Assembly: GCA_039585915.1 (NCBI GenBank)
Contig: JBDGUZ010000001.1
Span: 1 to 53,144, forward strand
Source of the DNA: Gemmatimonadota bacterium
GTDB taxonomy: Bacteria; Gemmatimonadota; Gemmatimonadetes; Palauibacterales; Palauibacteraceae
Direction of reading: 5' to 3'
DNA: 53,144 nucleotides
The notes under the pieces were generated by a model. The model worked only from the letters and a program-made list of their open reading frames with translations, did not search any database and was not told the origin of the DNA. Numbering within the stretch: the first letter of the stretch is position 1; each line of letters starts with the position of its first letter. This document shows positions 8,428 through 17,886 of this stretch, piece by piece. Both the position numbers and the translations under genes were made by a program.

Positions 8428-11400
8428 GCGCATCATCGAATGGTCGCTGCGCAACCGGGGGCTGGTGCTCCTGGGCTCGCTCGCCCTGGTCGCCGCCGGC
8501 GTATGGGCGGTGCTCGACACGCCGCTGGACGCGATCCCGGACCTGTCGGACGTGCAGGTGATCATCCAGACCGACTTCCTCGAGCAGGCCCCGCAGATCG
8601 TTGAGGACCAGGTCACCTATCCGATCGCCTCGGAGATGCTGAAGGTGCCGGGCGCCCGGGTGGTGCGGGCGTACTCGTTCTTCGGGATCAGCCTCGTGTA
8701 CGTGATCTTCGAGGACGGGACCGACATCTACTGGGCCCGCTCGAGGGTGCTGGAATACCTGAGCGGAATCCGCCCGCAACTCCCGGGCGGGGTCGAACCG
8801 ACCCTGGGGCCCGACGCTACGGGCGTGGGCTGGATCTACCAGTACGTGCTGGAGTCGGACAGCCTCGATCTCGCCGCGCTCCGGACCCTTCAGGACTGGT
8901 ACATCCGCTACCAGCTCACGGCCGTGCCGGGCGTGGCGGAGGTCGCGAGCCTGGGCGGGTTCGAGAAACAGTACCAGGTCGAGGTGAGCCCGGAGCGGCT
9001 GCGCGCGTTCGAGATTCCGGTCACCCGGGTGGTCGAAGCGATCGGCGATCACCAGGTGGACATCGGCGCCCGGGTGCTGGAGATGGGCGGCCGGGAGTAC
9101 ATGATCCGCGGGCTCGGTTACCTGGGCGGGCTGGATGACATCCGGGATGTCTCGGTTGGCGCCACGCCCAACGGCACTCCGATCCGGGTGGCGGACGTGG
9201 CCAACGTGTCGATCGGTCCCGCTCCGAGGCGGGGCGCGGCCGATCTCGACGGCAAGGGCGAGGTGGTGTCGGGGATCGTCGTGATGCGGTTCGGCGCCGA
9301 TGCGTACGAGACGATCGACCGGGTGAAGGAGCGGCTGCGGGAGATCGAAGCGGGGCTTCCGCCGGGCGTCCGGCTGCGCACCGCCTACGACCGCAGCGAC
9401 CTGATCGAACGGGCGATCCGCACCCTGCAGGAGAAGCTGCTCGAGGAGTCGCTGATCGTCGCGGCGGTGATCGCGCTGTTCCTGTTCCACGCCCGCTCGG
9501 CGCTGGTGGTGATCGTCACCCTGCCGCTCGGGATCCTGTTCTCGTTCCTCGTCATGCGGGGGTTCGGGGTGAGCTCGAACATCATGAGCCTGGGCGGGAT
9601 CGCGATCGCCATCGGGGCGATGGTGGACGCGGCGATCGTGATGGTCGAGAACATGCACAAGCACCTGGAGCGGGCCGAGGAGGAGGGCCGCGAGGTGGAC
9701 CGGTGGGAGATCGCCCGCCAGAGCGCCGTGCAGGTCGGCCCGGCGCTGTTCTTCTCGCTGCTCATCATCACCGTGAGCTTCCTGCCCGTGTTCGCGCTCG
9801 AGCAGCAGGAAGGCCGGCTGTTCAAGCCGCTCGCGTTCACCAAGACGTTCGCCATGGCCGGCTCCGCGCTGCTGTCGATCACCCTGGTGCCGGTGCTGAT
9901 GGGGTGGCTGGTCCGGGGCCGGATCCGGCCCGAGTCGAAGAACCCTGCGAGCCGCCTGCTGCAGGTGCTGTACGAGCCGGTCATCCGCTTCGCCACCTGG
10001 AAGCCGTGGATCGTCATCGCCGCGGCAGTCGCCGTGGTCGCGGTCACGGTGATCCCGTTCCGCCGGCTGGGCAGCGAGTTCATGCCCCCGCTGCGCGAGG
10101 GCTCGATCCTGTTCATGCCGACCACCGTGCCCGGGGTGTCGATCGCCCAGGCCCGGGAGATCCTGCGCTGGCAGGATAGCGTGCTGTACTCGTTCCCCGA
10201 GGTGGAGACGGTGCTCGGAAAGGCCGGCCGGGCGGAGACCGCGACCGATCCCGCGCCGCTGGACATGTTCGAGACGACGATCACCCTGAAGCCGGAGTGG
10301 GAATGGCGACCGGGCGTGACGCACGACGGACTGCTGGCGGAGATGGACGCAGCCGTTCGGCTGCCGGGCGTGACGAACGCCTGGACGATGCCGATCAAGG
10401 GGCGGATCGACATGCTCGCCACCGGCATCCGCACCCCGGTGGGGATCAAGATCTTTGGCCCCGATCTCGACACCCTGCAGGCCCTCGGCGAGCGCGTCGA
10501 GCGGATCGTGTCGGGAGTCCCCGGCACCCGCAGCGCCTTCGCCGAACGGGGCGTGTCCGGCTACTACGTGGACATCGAGATCGACCGGCACGAGGCCGCG
10601 CGGTTCGGTCTCAACACCGGCGCCATCCACGACGCGATCACCGCCACCGTGGGGGGGATCAGCGCCGCGATCACGGTGGAGGGCCGTGAGCGCTACGCCG
10701 TGAACGTGCGCTACCCGCGGGAGCTGCGGGACGACGTAGCGAAACTGAGGGACGTCCTGGTCCCGGCCGGCGAGGGAGTGCAGATCCCGCTCGGGCAGAT
10801 CGCCAGCGTGGAAGTCCACCGCGGACCGATGGCCGTGAAGACCGAGAACGCCTTCCCCGTCACCACCGTGTTCATCGACATCGAGGGACGCGACGTGGGG
10901 AGCTACGTCGAGGAAGCCCAACAGACAGTGGCGGCGGGGATCGTGCTGCCGGCCGGCTACTCGCTTCAGTGGAGCGGGCAGTGGGAGTTCATGCAGCGGG
11001 TGAAGCAGAAGCTGGCAGTCGTCGTTCCGGTGACGATCGCGCTCATCTTCCTGCTCCTGTTCCTCAACTTCCGGGGCGTCACGGAATCCCTGCTGGTGAT
11101 GATGTCGGTGCCGTTCGCCCTGGTGGGCGGCGTCTGGTACCTCTGGTTCGCCGGCTACAACACCAGCGTCGCGGTGTGGGTGGGGTTCATCGCGCTGGCC
11201 GGTGTGGCGGCCGAGACCGGGGTCGTGATGCTGCTGTACCTCGACGAGGCCTGGCAGGAGCGCCGGGATCGGGGCCAGCTCCGTGAGGACGCGGACCTGG
11301 TGGCAGCCGTGCGCGCCGGGGCAGTGGGCCGGCTGCGGCCGAAAATCATGACCGTGGCCACGATCATCCTCGGCCTCATGCCGATCCTGTGGGGCCACGG

Positions 11401-11560
11401 GACCGGCTCGGAAGTGATGAAGCGGATCGCGGCGCCGATGGTCGGGGGAATGGTCACCTCCACCCTGCTCACGCTGGTGGTGATCCCGGCCGTGTATCTG
11501 CTGTGGAGGCGGCGCGGGCTGGACGGGGAGGGAGGGCGTGATCTTCCCGTGGAGACTTGA
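8420..11560 (+). CDS. cusA: CusA/CzcA-family heavy-metal efflux RND pump, CusA-like
   Basis: Start moved to the ATG at 8420 (MIERIIEWSLRNRG), 8 nt overlapping the cusB stop. It looks near-collinear with E. coli CusA as I remember it (DAIPDLSDVQVII, YVIFEDGTDIYWARSRVLEYL, GPDATGVGWIYQY, NIMSLGGIAIAIGAMVDAAIVMVEN). Met residues alignable to the CusA three-Met site sit in LFMPTT, PLDMFET and RIDMLATG. Confidence 0.95.
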   Translation: MIERIIEWSLRNRGLVLLGSLALVAAGVWAVLDTPLDAIPDLSDVQVIIQTDFLEQAPQIVEDQVTYPIASEMLKVPGARVVRAYSFFGISLVYVIFEDGTDIYWARSRVLEYLSGIRPQLPGGVEPTLGPDATGVGWIYQYVLESDSLDLAALRTLQDWYIRYQLTAVPGVAEVASLGGFEKQYQVEVSPERLRAFEIPVTRVVEAIGDHQVDIGARVLEMGGREYMIRGLGYLGGLDDIRDVSVGATPNGTPIRVADVANVSIGPAPRRGAADLDGKGEVVSGIVVMRFGADAYETIDRVKERLREIEAGLPPGVRLRTAYDRSDLIERAIRTLQEKLLEESLIVAAVIALFLFHARSALVVIVTLPLGILFSFLVMRGFGVSSNIMSLGGIAIAIGAMVDAAIVMVENMHKHLERAEEEGREVDRWEIARQSAVQVGPALFFSLLIITVSFLPVFALEQQEGRLFKPLAFTKTFAMAGSALLSITLVPVLMGWLVRGRIRPESKNPASRLLQVLYEPVIRFATWKPWIVIAAAVAVVAVTVIPFRRLGSEFMPPLREGSILFMPTTVPGVSIAQAREILRWQDSVLYSFPEVETVLGKAGRAETATDPAPLDMFETTITLKPEWEWRPGVTHDGLLAEMDAAVRLPGVTNAWTMPIKGRIDMLATGIRTPVGIKIFGPDLDTLQALGERVERIVSGVPGTRSAFAERGVSGYYVDIEIDRHEAARFGLNTGAIHDAITATVGGISAAITVEGRERYAVNVRYPRELRDDVAKLRDVLVPAGEGVQIPLGQIASVEVHRGPMAVKTENAFPVTTVFIDIEGRDVGSYVEEAQQTVAAGIVLPAGYSLQWSGQWEFMQRVKQKLAVVVPVTIALIFLLLFLNFRGVTESLLVMMSVPFALVGGVWYLWFAGYNTSVAVWVGFIALAGVAAETGVVMLLYLDEAWQERRDRGQLREDADLVAAVRAGAVGRLRPKIMTVATIILGLMPILWGHGTGSEVMKRIAAPMVGGMVTSTLLTLVVIPAVYLLWRRRGLDGEGGRDLPVET

Positions 11561-11757
11561 CCGTGAGTGGGCGGAACTCTGTAGCCGGATCCGCAAGAAC
11601 TTTCAGTATCGGACAGGAGGACGCTGGATGATATAGCCGAAATATAGCCAGTTATAGTATCGCCTCCGATGGAACGATTCTGGTATCCCCCTCAGTTGCC
11701 GGGACGTGCGCGAGCAGCCTGACCTCGTCCGGTAGACTGCAAGTTCGGGGGGATCCG

Positions 11758-13173
11758 ATGGACAGACCTGCGTCAGACAGAGCTGATTCTCTTTCAATCG
11801 AGACGAAGTCGGTTCATCTTGGAAGAGAAATCCAAAGATGGAGACGAAACTTGGCAGGAGGCGGTCGTTTGCTCGTTCTCGCGATGCTCGTCGCAGCCGT
11901 CGCATGCAGTGACGTGCTGAACCCCGGTGAAGAGGTCGTGGATCTGCAGTTGACGCCGGGGGACGTCACGCTGACCGTGGGGAGCTCGGCGTACCTTACC
12001 GCCACCGGCTTGAATGCAGAGGGTCTACCGGTGGACGGGGATGTCACCTGGACGAGCAGCGATCCCGCTGTTGCGACGATTTCCGAGTCCGGCCTGGCCA
12101 CGGCCCTCGCGATCGGAACCGCGTCGATCGAGGCGGAGTTCAAGGGCAAGGGCAACGCGTACGGCAGGCTTAAGAAGGAAGCGAAGGTCAAGGTCGAGGA
12201 CCCGTCGGATCCGCAGATTCCGCCGGGGGACACGGTGCCGACGGTAGACCCGCCACCGCAGGATACGGTACCGACGGACACTGTGCCGACACCGCCACCG
12301 CCGCCCGAGGACACGGTGCCGACGGACACGGTTCCGCCGCCGCCACCGCCGCCACCGCCGCCACCGCAGAATACGGGGATTCCGTTCGGACCGTCGAGGA
12401 TGGACATCACGATCGACTATCCGTTCAATGCCTCACTCTACTACCGGGTCCACGATGGCGACGAGGAAGAGGAACTCTCGTTCCTGAAAGCGTCTGGTTA
12501 TCGCGGATCGCTCTACATCGCCGGGAGCCGATCGCGGTACATGAACCCTGACAAGACGCTGAACGTCGATATGTGGAAAGCTGAAGTCGATAAGTTCGAC
12601 GTGGCGATTATCCAGCGATATATCGACGACGGTACGCTCGTCGCGCATTACGCGCTCGACGAGCCGCACGTTGCGGGGATCTGGGGCGGTCAGGACGTGC
12701 CACCGGAGGACGTGGACGAGCTTGCCTGTTACTCAAAGTCGAAATGGCCGAACCTGCCGGTACTGATTCGGACACATCCGGGTTGGGCAGCGAACGAGGA
12801 AGGCGCAGCACACGACTTCCAGTGCGTCGATATCTGGGTAGCGCAGTACAGGTCCATGAAGGGGCCGGTAGACGAATACGTGGCGCAGAACGTGGCGGAT
12901 GCCGCAGCGATCGGTGCGCAACTGTATGGTGCACTGAACCCGATTGGCGGCGGTGACGGCTCGAGCGGTGTCCGTTCACCGTATGATTCCGAAAAGTGGA
13001 TGATGTCCGCTGACGAACTCCGGACCTACGGTGCCGCGTGGATGAATGCGCCGATCGCGGGATTCAGCATCTGGAACTGGGGCTGGGAATCTTATTCCAG
13101 CGACTATTCCTGGTACTGGATGCAACCGGAGATCCAGGCGGCAGTCCAGTACCTCGCCGACATGAAGCCCTGA
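11758..13173 (+). CDS. secreted Big_2 domain / Pro-rich repeat / TIM-barrel-like (putative glycoside-hydrolase-like) protein
   Basis: Lipoprotein-type signal (LLVLAMLVAAVACSD). A Big_2 domain follows (LTVGSSAYLTATGLNAEG...VTWTSSDPAVATISESGLATALAIGTASIEA), then a DTVPT/poly-Pro linker. The C-terminal ~260 aa contain ALDEPH (NEP-like acid/base motif) and are aromatic-rich. The exact start could lie downstream of the ATG at 11758. Confidence 0.75.
   Translation: MDRPASDRADSLSIETKSVHLGREIQRWRRNLAGGGRLLVLAMLVAAVACSDVLNPGEEVVDLQLTPGDVTLTVGSSAYLTATGLNAEGLPVDGDVTWTSSDPAVATISESGLATALAIGTASIEAEFKGKGNAYGRLKKEAKVKVEDPSDPQIPPGDTVPTVDPPPQDTVPTDTVPTPPPPPEDTVPTDTVPPPPPPPPPPPQNTGIPFGPSRMDITIDYPFNASLYYRVHDGDEEEELSFLKASGYRGSLYIAGSRSRYMNPDKTLNVDMWKAEVDKFDVAIIQRYIDDGTLVAHYALDEPHVAGIWGGQDVPPEDVDELACYSKSKWPNLPVLIRTHPGWAANEEGAAHDFQCVDIWVAQYRSMKGPVDEYVAQNVADAAAIGAQLYGALNPIGGGDGSSGVRSPYDSEKWMMSADELRTYGAAWMNAPIAGFSIWNWGWESYSSDYSWYWMQPEIQAAVQYLADMKP
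12229..12366 (+). repeat. in-frame tandem repeat encoding (D/E)TVPT units and a poly-proline run
   Basis: GACACGGTGCCGACGG-like units recur about 5 times (DTVPTVDPPPQDTVPTDTVPTPPPPPEDTVPTDTVPPPPPPPPPPPQ), followed by CCGCCGCCACCG repeats. Confidence 0.9.
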
Positions 13174-13197
13174 CCATTCTTGAGTCGAGAGGCTGAA

Positions 13198-13234
13198 GAC
13201 GGGGGCGACGCCGAATCCCGGCGTCGCCCCCGTC
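13198..13234. terminator. bidirectional intrinsic-terminator-like hairpin
   Basis: GACGGGGGCGACGCC-gaatccc-GGCGTCGCCCCCGTC forms a perfect 15-bp stem with a 7-nt loop. It sits between convergent gene ends (13173 and 13264). There is no strong U-tract. Confidence 0.7.
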
Positions 13235-13263
13235 GGGCGTGAGCGACAGTTCGTCGGCCTGTC

Positions 13264-14448
13264 CTACGATGCACCCGTCTCATCCTCGAGCAGTTTCGCC
13301 GAGTGCTTCGCTTCCTGCTGAGCTGCGCCGGATGCGGCCGTCAACGTGAGCACCAGCCAGGTCAGCTTTCTTAGTTCCCACGTCAGAGATGACGCGCCGA
13401 GGGCCCAGATCAGAATCAGCGTCACCCAGAATCTTGCCCCCCAGGGCGGGTGCCTCAGAGCCTGGATCAGTGCGACTCCCACGATCCCGAGAAACAAAGC
13501 GATCCCTGCGATCCCCAGCTCCACGAGGATCGAGATGAATGTATTGTGGGCCACCTTTCCGATTCCGACCGCTGCCTTGAACGCACCGGCCCCGACTCCG
13601 AGCACCGGATGCTGCGTATACGTCTGAAGGCCCATCTTCCAGATGTGCCCGCGACCGCTGAGATTGCCGGTCGAGATCTCCGTTCCCGTGGTCAGGAATC
13701 GATCGACCGAGGTCTGCGGAATGAGCGGCACGATCGCCAGGACCCCGGCGACCGCGACCACGCCGATGAGCAGCCTTTTCCCCGTGCTCAATCGTGCCAG
13801 GGAGGCGACCGCGAACACGACCGCTGGCAAAGTCGCAATCAGCGCCGTACGTGTCCCGGTAAGTGCGATTCCGAGGAAAGCGAGAGGCATGTACGTCAGG
13901 TTCACCCACCGGAGCAGGCCATGGCGACCCTCCCGAGTCTGTGCCATGCCGAGTCCCCAGGCGATTGGCATAGCGATCGCCAACATGAGTCCTGCGGTGT
14001 CGGCATTGAAGCCTTTTACCGTGAGTCGATTGAACCCTCCGCCTCGGCCGATCAACATGTTGAATACCATGCTTCCGACAGCAATGTACGCACCCAGCAC
14101 ATAGGCCTGGAGTCCGGCCCGAATCCTCGTCGGCGTCGCGTACAGGTCCCACAGGAGATACACGAGAACCAGGAGTTGGATGTAGGTCCGAACCGTGTCG
14201 ACCGTCTCCGGTGGATCGACACTCCAGAACAGGCTGAGAGCGGCCCACGCGACGAACGACGTCACGAGCCCGTGAAACAGCCCGGGCCGCCGCAGGTCGC
14301 CTTCGATCACGACCGCCAGCAGCCATACGGCGGCAACCACCATTCCGACCATGCGGCTCAGCGTGCCGACGTTCGTGATCATGATGGAGTTCTCCAGCGG
14401 GATCACGAAGATCAGCACCAGCGACATCGTCCAGGCCAGTTGCTTCAC
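13264..14448 (-). CDS. O-antigen ligase family protein (Wzy-type polymerase or WaaL-type ligase)
   Basis: About 10 TM helices. The characteristic Wzy_C motif is present in VAHNTFISILVELGIAGIALF. The GTG start overlaps the upstream stop (GTGA). Confidence 0.85.
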   Translation of the reverse strand: MKQLAWTMSLVLIFVIPLENSIMITNVGTLSRMVGMVVAAVWLLAVVIEGDLRRPGLFHGLVTSFVAWAALSLFWSVDPPETVDTVRTYIQLLVLVYLLWDLYATPTRIRAGLQAYVLGAYIAVGSMVFNMLIGRGGGFNRLTVKGFNADTAGLMLAIAMPIAWGLGMAQTREGRHGLLRWVNLTYMPLAFLGIALTGTRTALIATLPAVVFAVASLARLSTGKRLLIGVVAVAGVLAIVPLIPQTSVDRFLTTGTEISTGNLSGRGHIWKMGLQTYTQHPVLGVGAGAFKAAVGIGKVAHNTFISILVELGIAGIALFLGIVGVALIQALRHPPWGARFWVTLILIWALGASSLTWELRKLTWLVLTLTAASGAAQQEAKHSAKLLEDETGAS

Positions 14449-15557
14449 CGGCCATCTCCCAGCAGGACCCGCCGGTACTGCTCGACGACGGTGTCCAACT
14501 CGTACGGCTTCCAGCTTTCGGGCCCCGGCAACGGCGTGGCGTCGTCGATGGCCGCTTCGATGGCCGCCTCGAGGGCCGCACTGTCACTCATCGGCACGAG
14601 CCGCCCGTAGGCGCCGTCATCGAGGATCTCGTTCGGGCCGCTGGGGCAGTCGGTGGACACGATGCGTGCGCCACTGGCGAGCGCCTCGATCAGCACCGTC
14701 GGCAGCCCTTCGTACAGGGAAGACATGACGTAGACCGAGCAGCGGCGCATGTACGCAAACGGGTTTTCGACGAAGCCCGGCAGCCGGACATCGGCTTCGA
14801 GACCGAGCCTCGATACCGTCGATTCGAGCTCCCGGCGCAGCGGTCCCTCTCCCAGGATCATCAACCGAACCCCCCGGCGCGCCCTGAGAGAGGCGAAGGA
14901 CTCGAGCAACGTCGGGTAGTCCTTTTGCGTGTCGAGCCGCCCGACGGCGAGAATCACCGGGTCGGACCCCGGTGCGAACCACTCGTCCTCGACCGACTCC
15001 ATCGATCGGGCGATCAGATCGGGGGTCACCACGGGATTGTGAATCACCTCGATGATATCGCCCGGGATACCGATCGTGCTGGCAAGGTCCGATGCGACAC
15101 CTTTCGACACAGCCACGACCGCCGCGGCGTGCGGAAACGTCCGACGGGCGAGCGGCGGGACCAGTCGCCCGCGCCGGTACGGCGCGTCCGCCGCCGCCCG
15201 GGACATGTTGTTCTGTACGTTCAGCACCAGTCTCGGTCGTGTACCCGACAGGGCCCGTGCCCAGGTTGCCACCACGTTGGCGTAATCGAGCGTGGATAGC
15301 AGAACGTCCGGATGGTTGGCTCGCAGGTAGCCCGCGAGGCTCGGAAGGCTGGTGATGATGCGGCTCGCGCCAAGGTCCACGACCCGGATGTCGTCAGGGA
15401 TGTCTTCGACGTACGCTCCTTCGGCCATCGCCAGGACGAGATCCAGCGATACGCCGGAACGGGACAGGGCGATCGCGAGCTTGAGCATGGCGCGTTCGGC
15501 GCCTCCGCCCCGCATGGAGGGGACGAAGATCGCCAGATCTTTGTTGCTCATCGTCAT
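14445..15557 (-). CDS. glycosyltransferase family 4 (GT-B)
   Basis: Start trimmed to the ATG at 15557 (MTMSNKDLAIFVPSMRGGGAERA), which forms an ATGA overlap with the flippase stop. The C-terminal EX7E-type region reads VYVMSSLYEGLPTVLIEALASGARIVSTD. Confidence 0.9.
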   Translation of the reverse strand: MTMSNKDLAIFVPSMRGGGAERAMLKLAIALSRSGVSLDLVLAMAEGAYVEDIPDDIRVVDLGASRIITSLPSLAGYLRANHPDVLLSTLDYANVVATWARALSGTRPRLVLNVQNNMSRAAADAPYRRGRLVPPLARRTFPHAAAVVAVSKGVASDLASTIGIPGDIIEVIHNPVVTPDLIARSMESVEDEWFAPGSDPVILAVGRLDTQKDYPTLLESFASLRARRGVRLMILGEGPLRRELESTVSRLGLEADVRLPGFVENPFAYMRRCSVYVMSSLYEGLPTVLIEALASGARIVSTDCPSGPNEILDDGAYGRLVPMSDSAALEAAIEAAIDDATPLPGPESWKPYELDTVVEQYRRVLLGDGR

Positions 15558-17104
15558 GCCCCTCTCCCGCCTCTGAATGTTCCCACGACACGTGACGCTC
15601 GCCGCGTGAGGTGGTGCCTCATACCCCCGCCCAGCCCCGCAAAGAAAGCAGCTGGTCCTGCCACGAATACCGTGGCAATCGTCACGCCGATCAACGGGAC
15701 CCATGCATCCACATCGAGTCGCCTGCCGAGGAACAGGGCGAGTCCGAAAAGTATGGCACTCGCGATGGCCGGTCGTACCGACTGCCTCAGTTGATCGGCG
15801 AGTCCGATCTTGAGGATCCTCCCCACCAGCCTCGGATACAGAATGCTCAGAAGGCCACGGCCCATGAGGAATCCTGCGCAGAGGCCGACGATCCCTCCGT
15901 CCAGCACGATCACGAACCCCGCGGCAAGAGCCACCGCCAGGACAGCGGCGAGCGCTCCAAGGAGGACCTTCTTCTTCAGATCGAGCGTGAGATCAATGAT
16001 ATGGGCATCATTCCGCAAGAAGACGAACTGGATGACGAGAATCACGATCAGGAGGTTCGCCAGTTCACCGGCATAGAATTCCTCTCCCACCCAGAGCCCG
16101 ACGAACGACCTGTTCCACAAGAGGATGCCGACGCCGGCGACCGTGGCCAGAACCCATGTGAAGGCCATGATCTCGGCTCTCACGCTGGCGCTCTTCGAGA
16201 TGTTGCCTGCGCCGATGAGACTCCCGAGACCGGGAGCCGCTCCGATCACGATCATCATGACCATCGTGACGAGGGCTTCCGGGACGTAGCGGGTCAGAGT
16301 ATAGACGCTCACGAGTTCGGGAGAGTCGGCGATGCCGAGAACCACGATATCACCAGACCTCAGGACCTGTCCCACCAGCCGCCAGCCCAGAAACCACCAG
16401 CTGAGCCCCAGAAACCACCGGGTCTCGCTCCCGGTCGGTCGGTTGAGACCGAACCACGGGACGAAGCTCTTGACGATGAAGAAGTACGTCGCCCCGGTGA
16501 GAATCGTGGTCACGAGCATCGCCGCCGCGACACCGGGGAGTCCCGTTTCGGTCTTCACGGCGAGAATCATCAATCCGCCGCCCACGATCACCAGAAGAGC
16601 GGAGAAGCCCATTCGCCTGTAGCCGAGGTTCTCGCCATCAAGAACCGAACGCGGAACGCCTACGAAGTTGAGCACGACGAGATTCGTCACCAGGAGAACG
16701 GTGGCCAGGCGGATAGGCCACACCATGTCTGGAGGAGAGTCGAGCCAGCCGGGAACGAACCAGGCGGTGACGAATCCGATCGGAACGAGAATCGGAAGGA
16801 AGATCAACGCTACGACCAGCGAGCTTCCGACCTGCCGCCGCTTTTCCTCGAGATCCGGCGATGACTGACGGTTGGCAATCGACCACTTCAGCGCCTGCGA
16901 TGGCCTCCCACCAGCTGCAGACATGTATCCCATGAGACGCCCGAGCACCTGCCATACGCCATATGCAAAATCGCCCAGTCCGGCGACGAGAATCGGGTTG
17001 ACGAAGAAGGCGACGCCCAGGCGAGTGATGAATTCGATACCCGCGGCAATCGAATTCAGTGAGGCGCGCTTCGTCAGTTGGCTGTCGGTGGCCTGATTAC
17101 CCAC
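15554..17104 (-). CDS. wzx: oligosaccharide/polysaccharide flippase (Wzx, MOP superfamily)
   Basis: 516 aa with about 12-14 TM helices and an N-terminus typical of PST-family flippases (SLNSIAAGIEFITRLGVAFFVNPILVAGLG). It sits inside a polysaccharide locus. Confidence 0.85.
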   Translation of the reverse strand: MGNQATDSQLTKRASLNSIAAGIEFITRLGVAFFVNPILVAGLGDFAYGVWQVLGRLMGYMSAAGGRPSQALKWSIANRQSSPDLEEKRRQVGSSLVVALIFLPILVPIGFVTAWFVPGWLDSPPDMVWPIRLATVLLVTNLVVLNFVGVPRSVLDGENLGYRRMGFSALLVIVGGGLMILAVKTETGLPGVAAAMLVTTILTGATYFFIVKSFVPWFGLNRPTGSETRWFLGLSWWFLGWRLVGQVLRSGDIVVLGIADSPELVSVYTLTRYVPEALVTMVMMIVIGAAPGLGSLIGAGNISKSASVRAEIMAFTWVLATVAGVGILLWNRSFVGLWVGEEFYAGELANLLIVILVIQFVFLRNDAHIIDLTLDLKKKVLLGALAAVLAVALAAGFVIVLDGGIVGLCAGFLMGRGLLSILYPRLVGRILKIGLADQLRQSVRPAIASAILFGLALFLGRRLDVDAWVPLIGVTIATVFVAGPAAFFAGLGGGMRHHLTRRASRVVGTFRGGRGA

Positions 17105-17771
17105 CGCGTGTCTCGATCAACTCGATCAATGATTCGGCGATCTCGTCAGGACTCATACTCGACGTGTCGAACCGAACCAGGTCTGTGGGGCGGAGTTGCC
17201 TGATGATTGACAGTGACGACTCGAACGCGGTGCGATAACGGCCGAGCCAGGCCAGCGCCTCGTCGTCGTTCAACGCCTCGCAAGGATGTCCGCGATTCCG
17301 GTTTCGGATCCGAGCCAGGAGGATGGAGTCCTGAGCATCGAGCCAGATGACGAGCGTCATCGTCCCGGACCAGGCGTCGCGCATCGATTCCCACCATCTG
17401 CGAAACCTGACTGTGTCCGGAGGGCCGAATGCCTGGAGTTTCGCCAGGCGAAAGAATGGACCGTGGTCGTACAGTACGGGGGGCGATTCACCATCGGATC
17501 GGTGCGTCAGCTTCCCGAGCCAGGACTCCAGGTAGACCATCGACTGCAGTATCTCCCGCGGAAATCGGCCGTGTCTGACCTCTCTCCACAGGAAGGAGGC
17601 CGGCAGTACGGGAAGAAGCCGGAGGGCTACGGGAATGCAGGAACGATCGCACGACTCAGCACCAGGACGGATGGACGTCCGACCGGCGAGTGCATCGATG
17701 AGCGTAGTCTTACCTGCGCCCGCAGGGCCGGCGACCTCGATCACTCCGCCGGCATGCCGAAAGCTTTCCAT
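17097..17771 (-). CDS. orphan P-loop NTPase, nucleotide/nucleoside-kinase-like
   Basis: Walker A motif VAGPAGAGKTTL, a hydrophobic strand plus Asp (LVIWLDAQD), and an Arg-rich lid-like segment (RIRNRNRGH). The size (224 aa) fits a kinase fold. It overlaps the wzx start by 8 nt. I recognise no specific family. Confidence 0.7.
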   Translation of the reverse strand: MESFRHAGGVIEVAGPAGAGKTTLIDALAGRTSIRPGAESCDRSCIPVALRLLPVLPASFLWREVRHGRFPREILQSMVYLESWLGKLTHRSDGESPPVLYDHGPFFRLAKLQAFGPPDTVRFRRWWESMRDAWSGTMTLVIWLDAQDSILLARIRNRNRGHPCEALNDDEALAWLGRYRTAFESSLSIIRQLRPTDLVRFDTSSMSPDEIAESLIELIETRGG

Positions 17772-17886
17772 TCAGATCGCGGGCCTGATGTACTGCTTCA
17801 AATCAGCGGCGAGGAGCGTGATCGGATCCGCTCGGGCTCGGTCGATCATTTGGCGTACCAGCTGTGAATGGCGCCCGGCTGACTCG

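Noticed and set aside
5177-8616. Long - strand ORFs 5177..6784 (535 aa) and 6931..8616 (561 aa)
   Set aside because: Both are antisense to cusC and cusB. They are Arg/Gly/Pro/His-rich and low-complexity, and overlap well-supported genes.
8120-11596. 1158-aa ORF on the - strand
   Set aside because: It is exactly antisense to cusA. The composition is dominated by R/H/P/G/D with no motifs, which marks a high-GC shadow ORF. The + strand frame has unmistakable CusA similarity.
12229-12366. Tandem repeat considered as a CRISPR-like or VNTR intergenic array
   Set aside because: It lies in frame inside a CDS and encodes a Pro/Thr-rich linker. There is no repeat-spacer organisation.
13280-16864. ORFs 13280..14587(-), 13450..14610(+) and 15611..16864(+)
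   Set aside because: These are alternative frames or antisense to the O-antigen-ligase-family, GT4 and flippase genes. They are charged, low-complexity translations of membrane-protein DNA.
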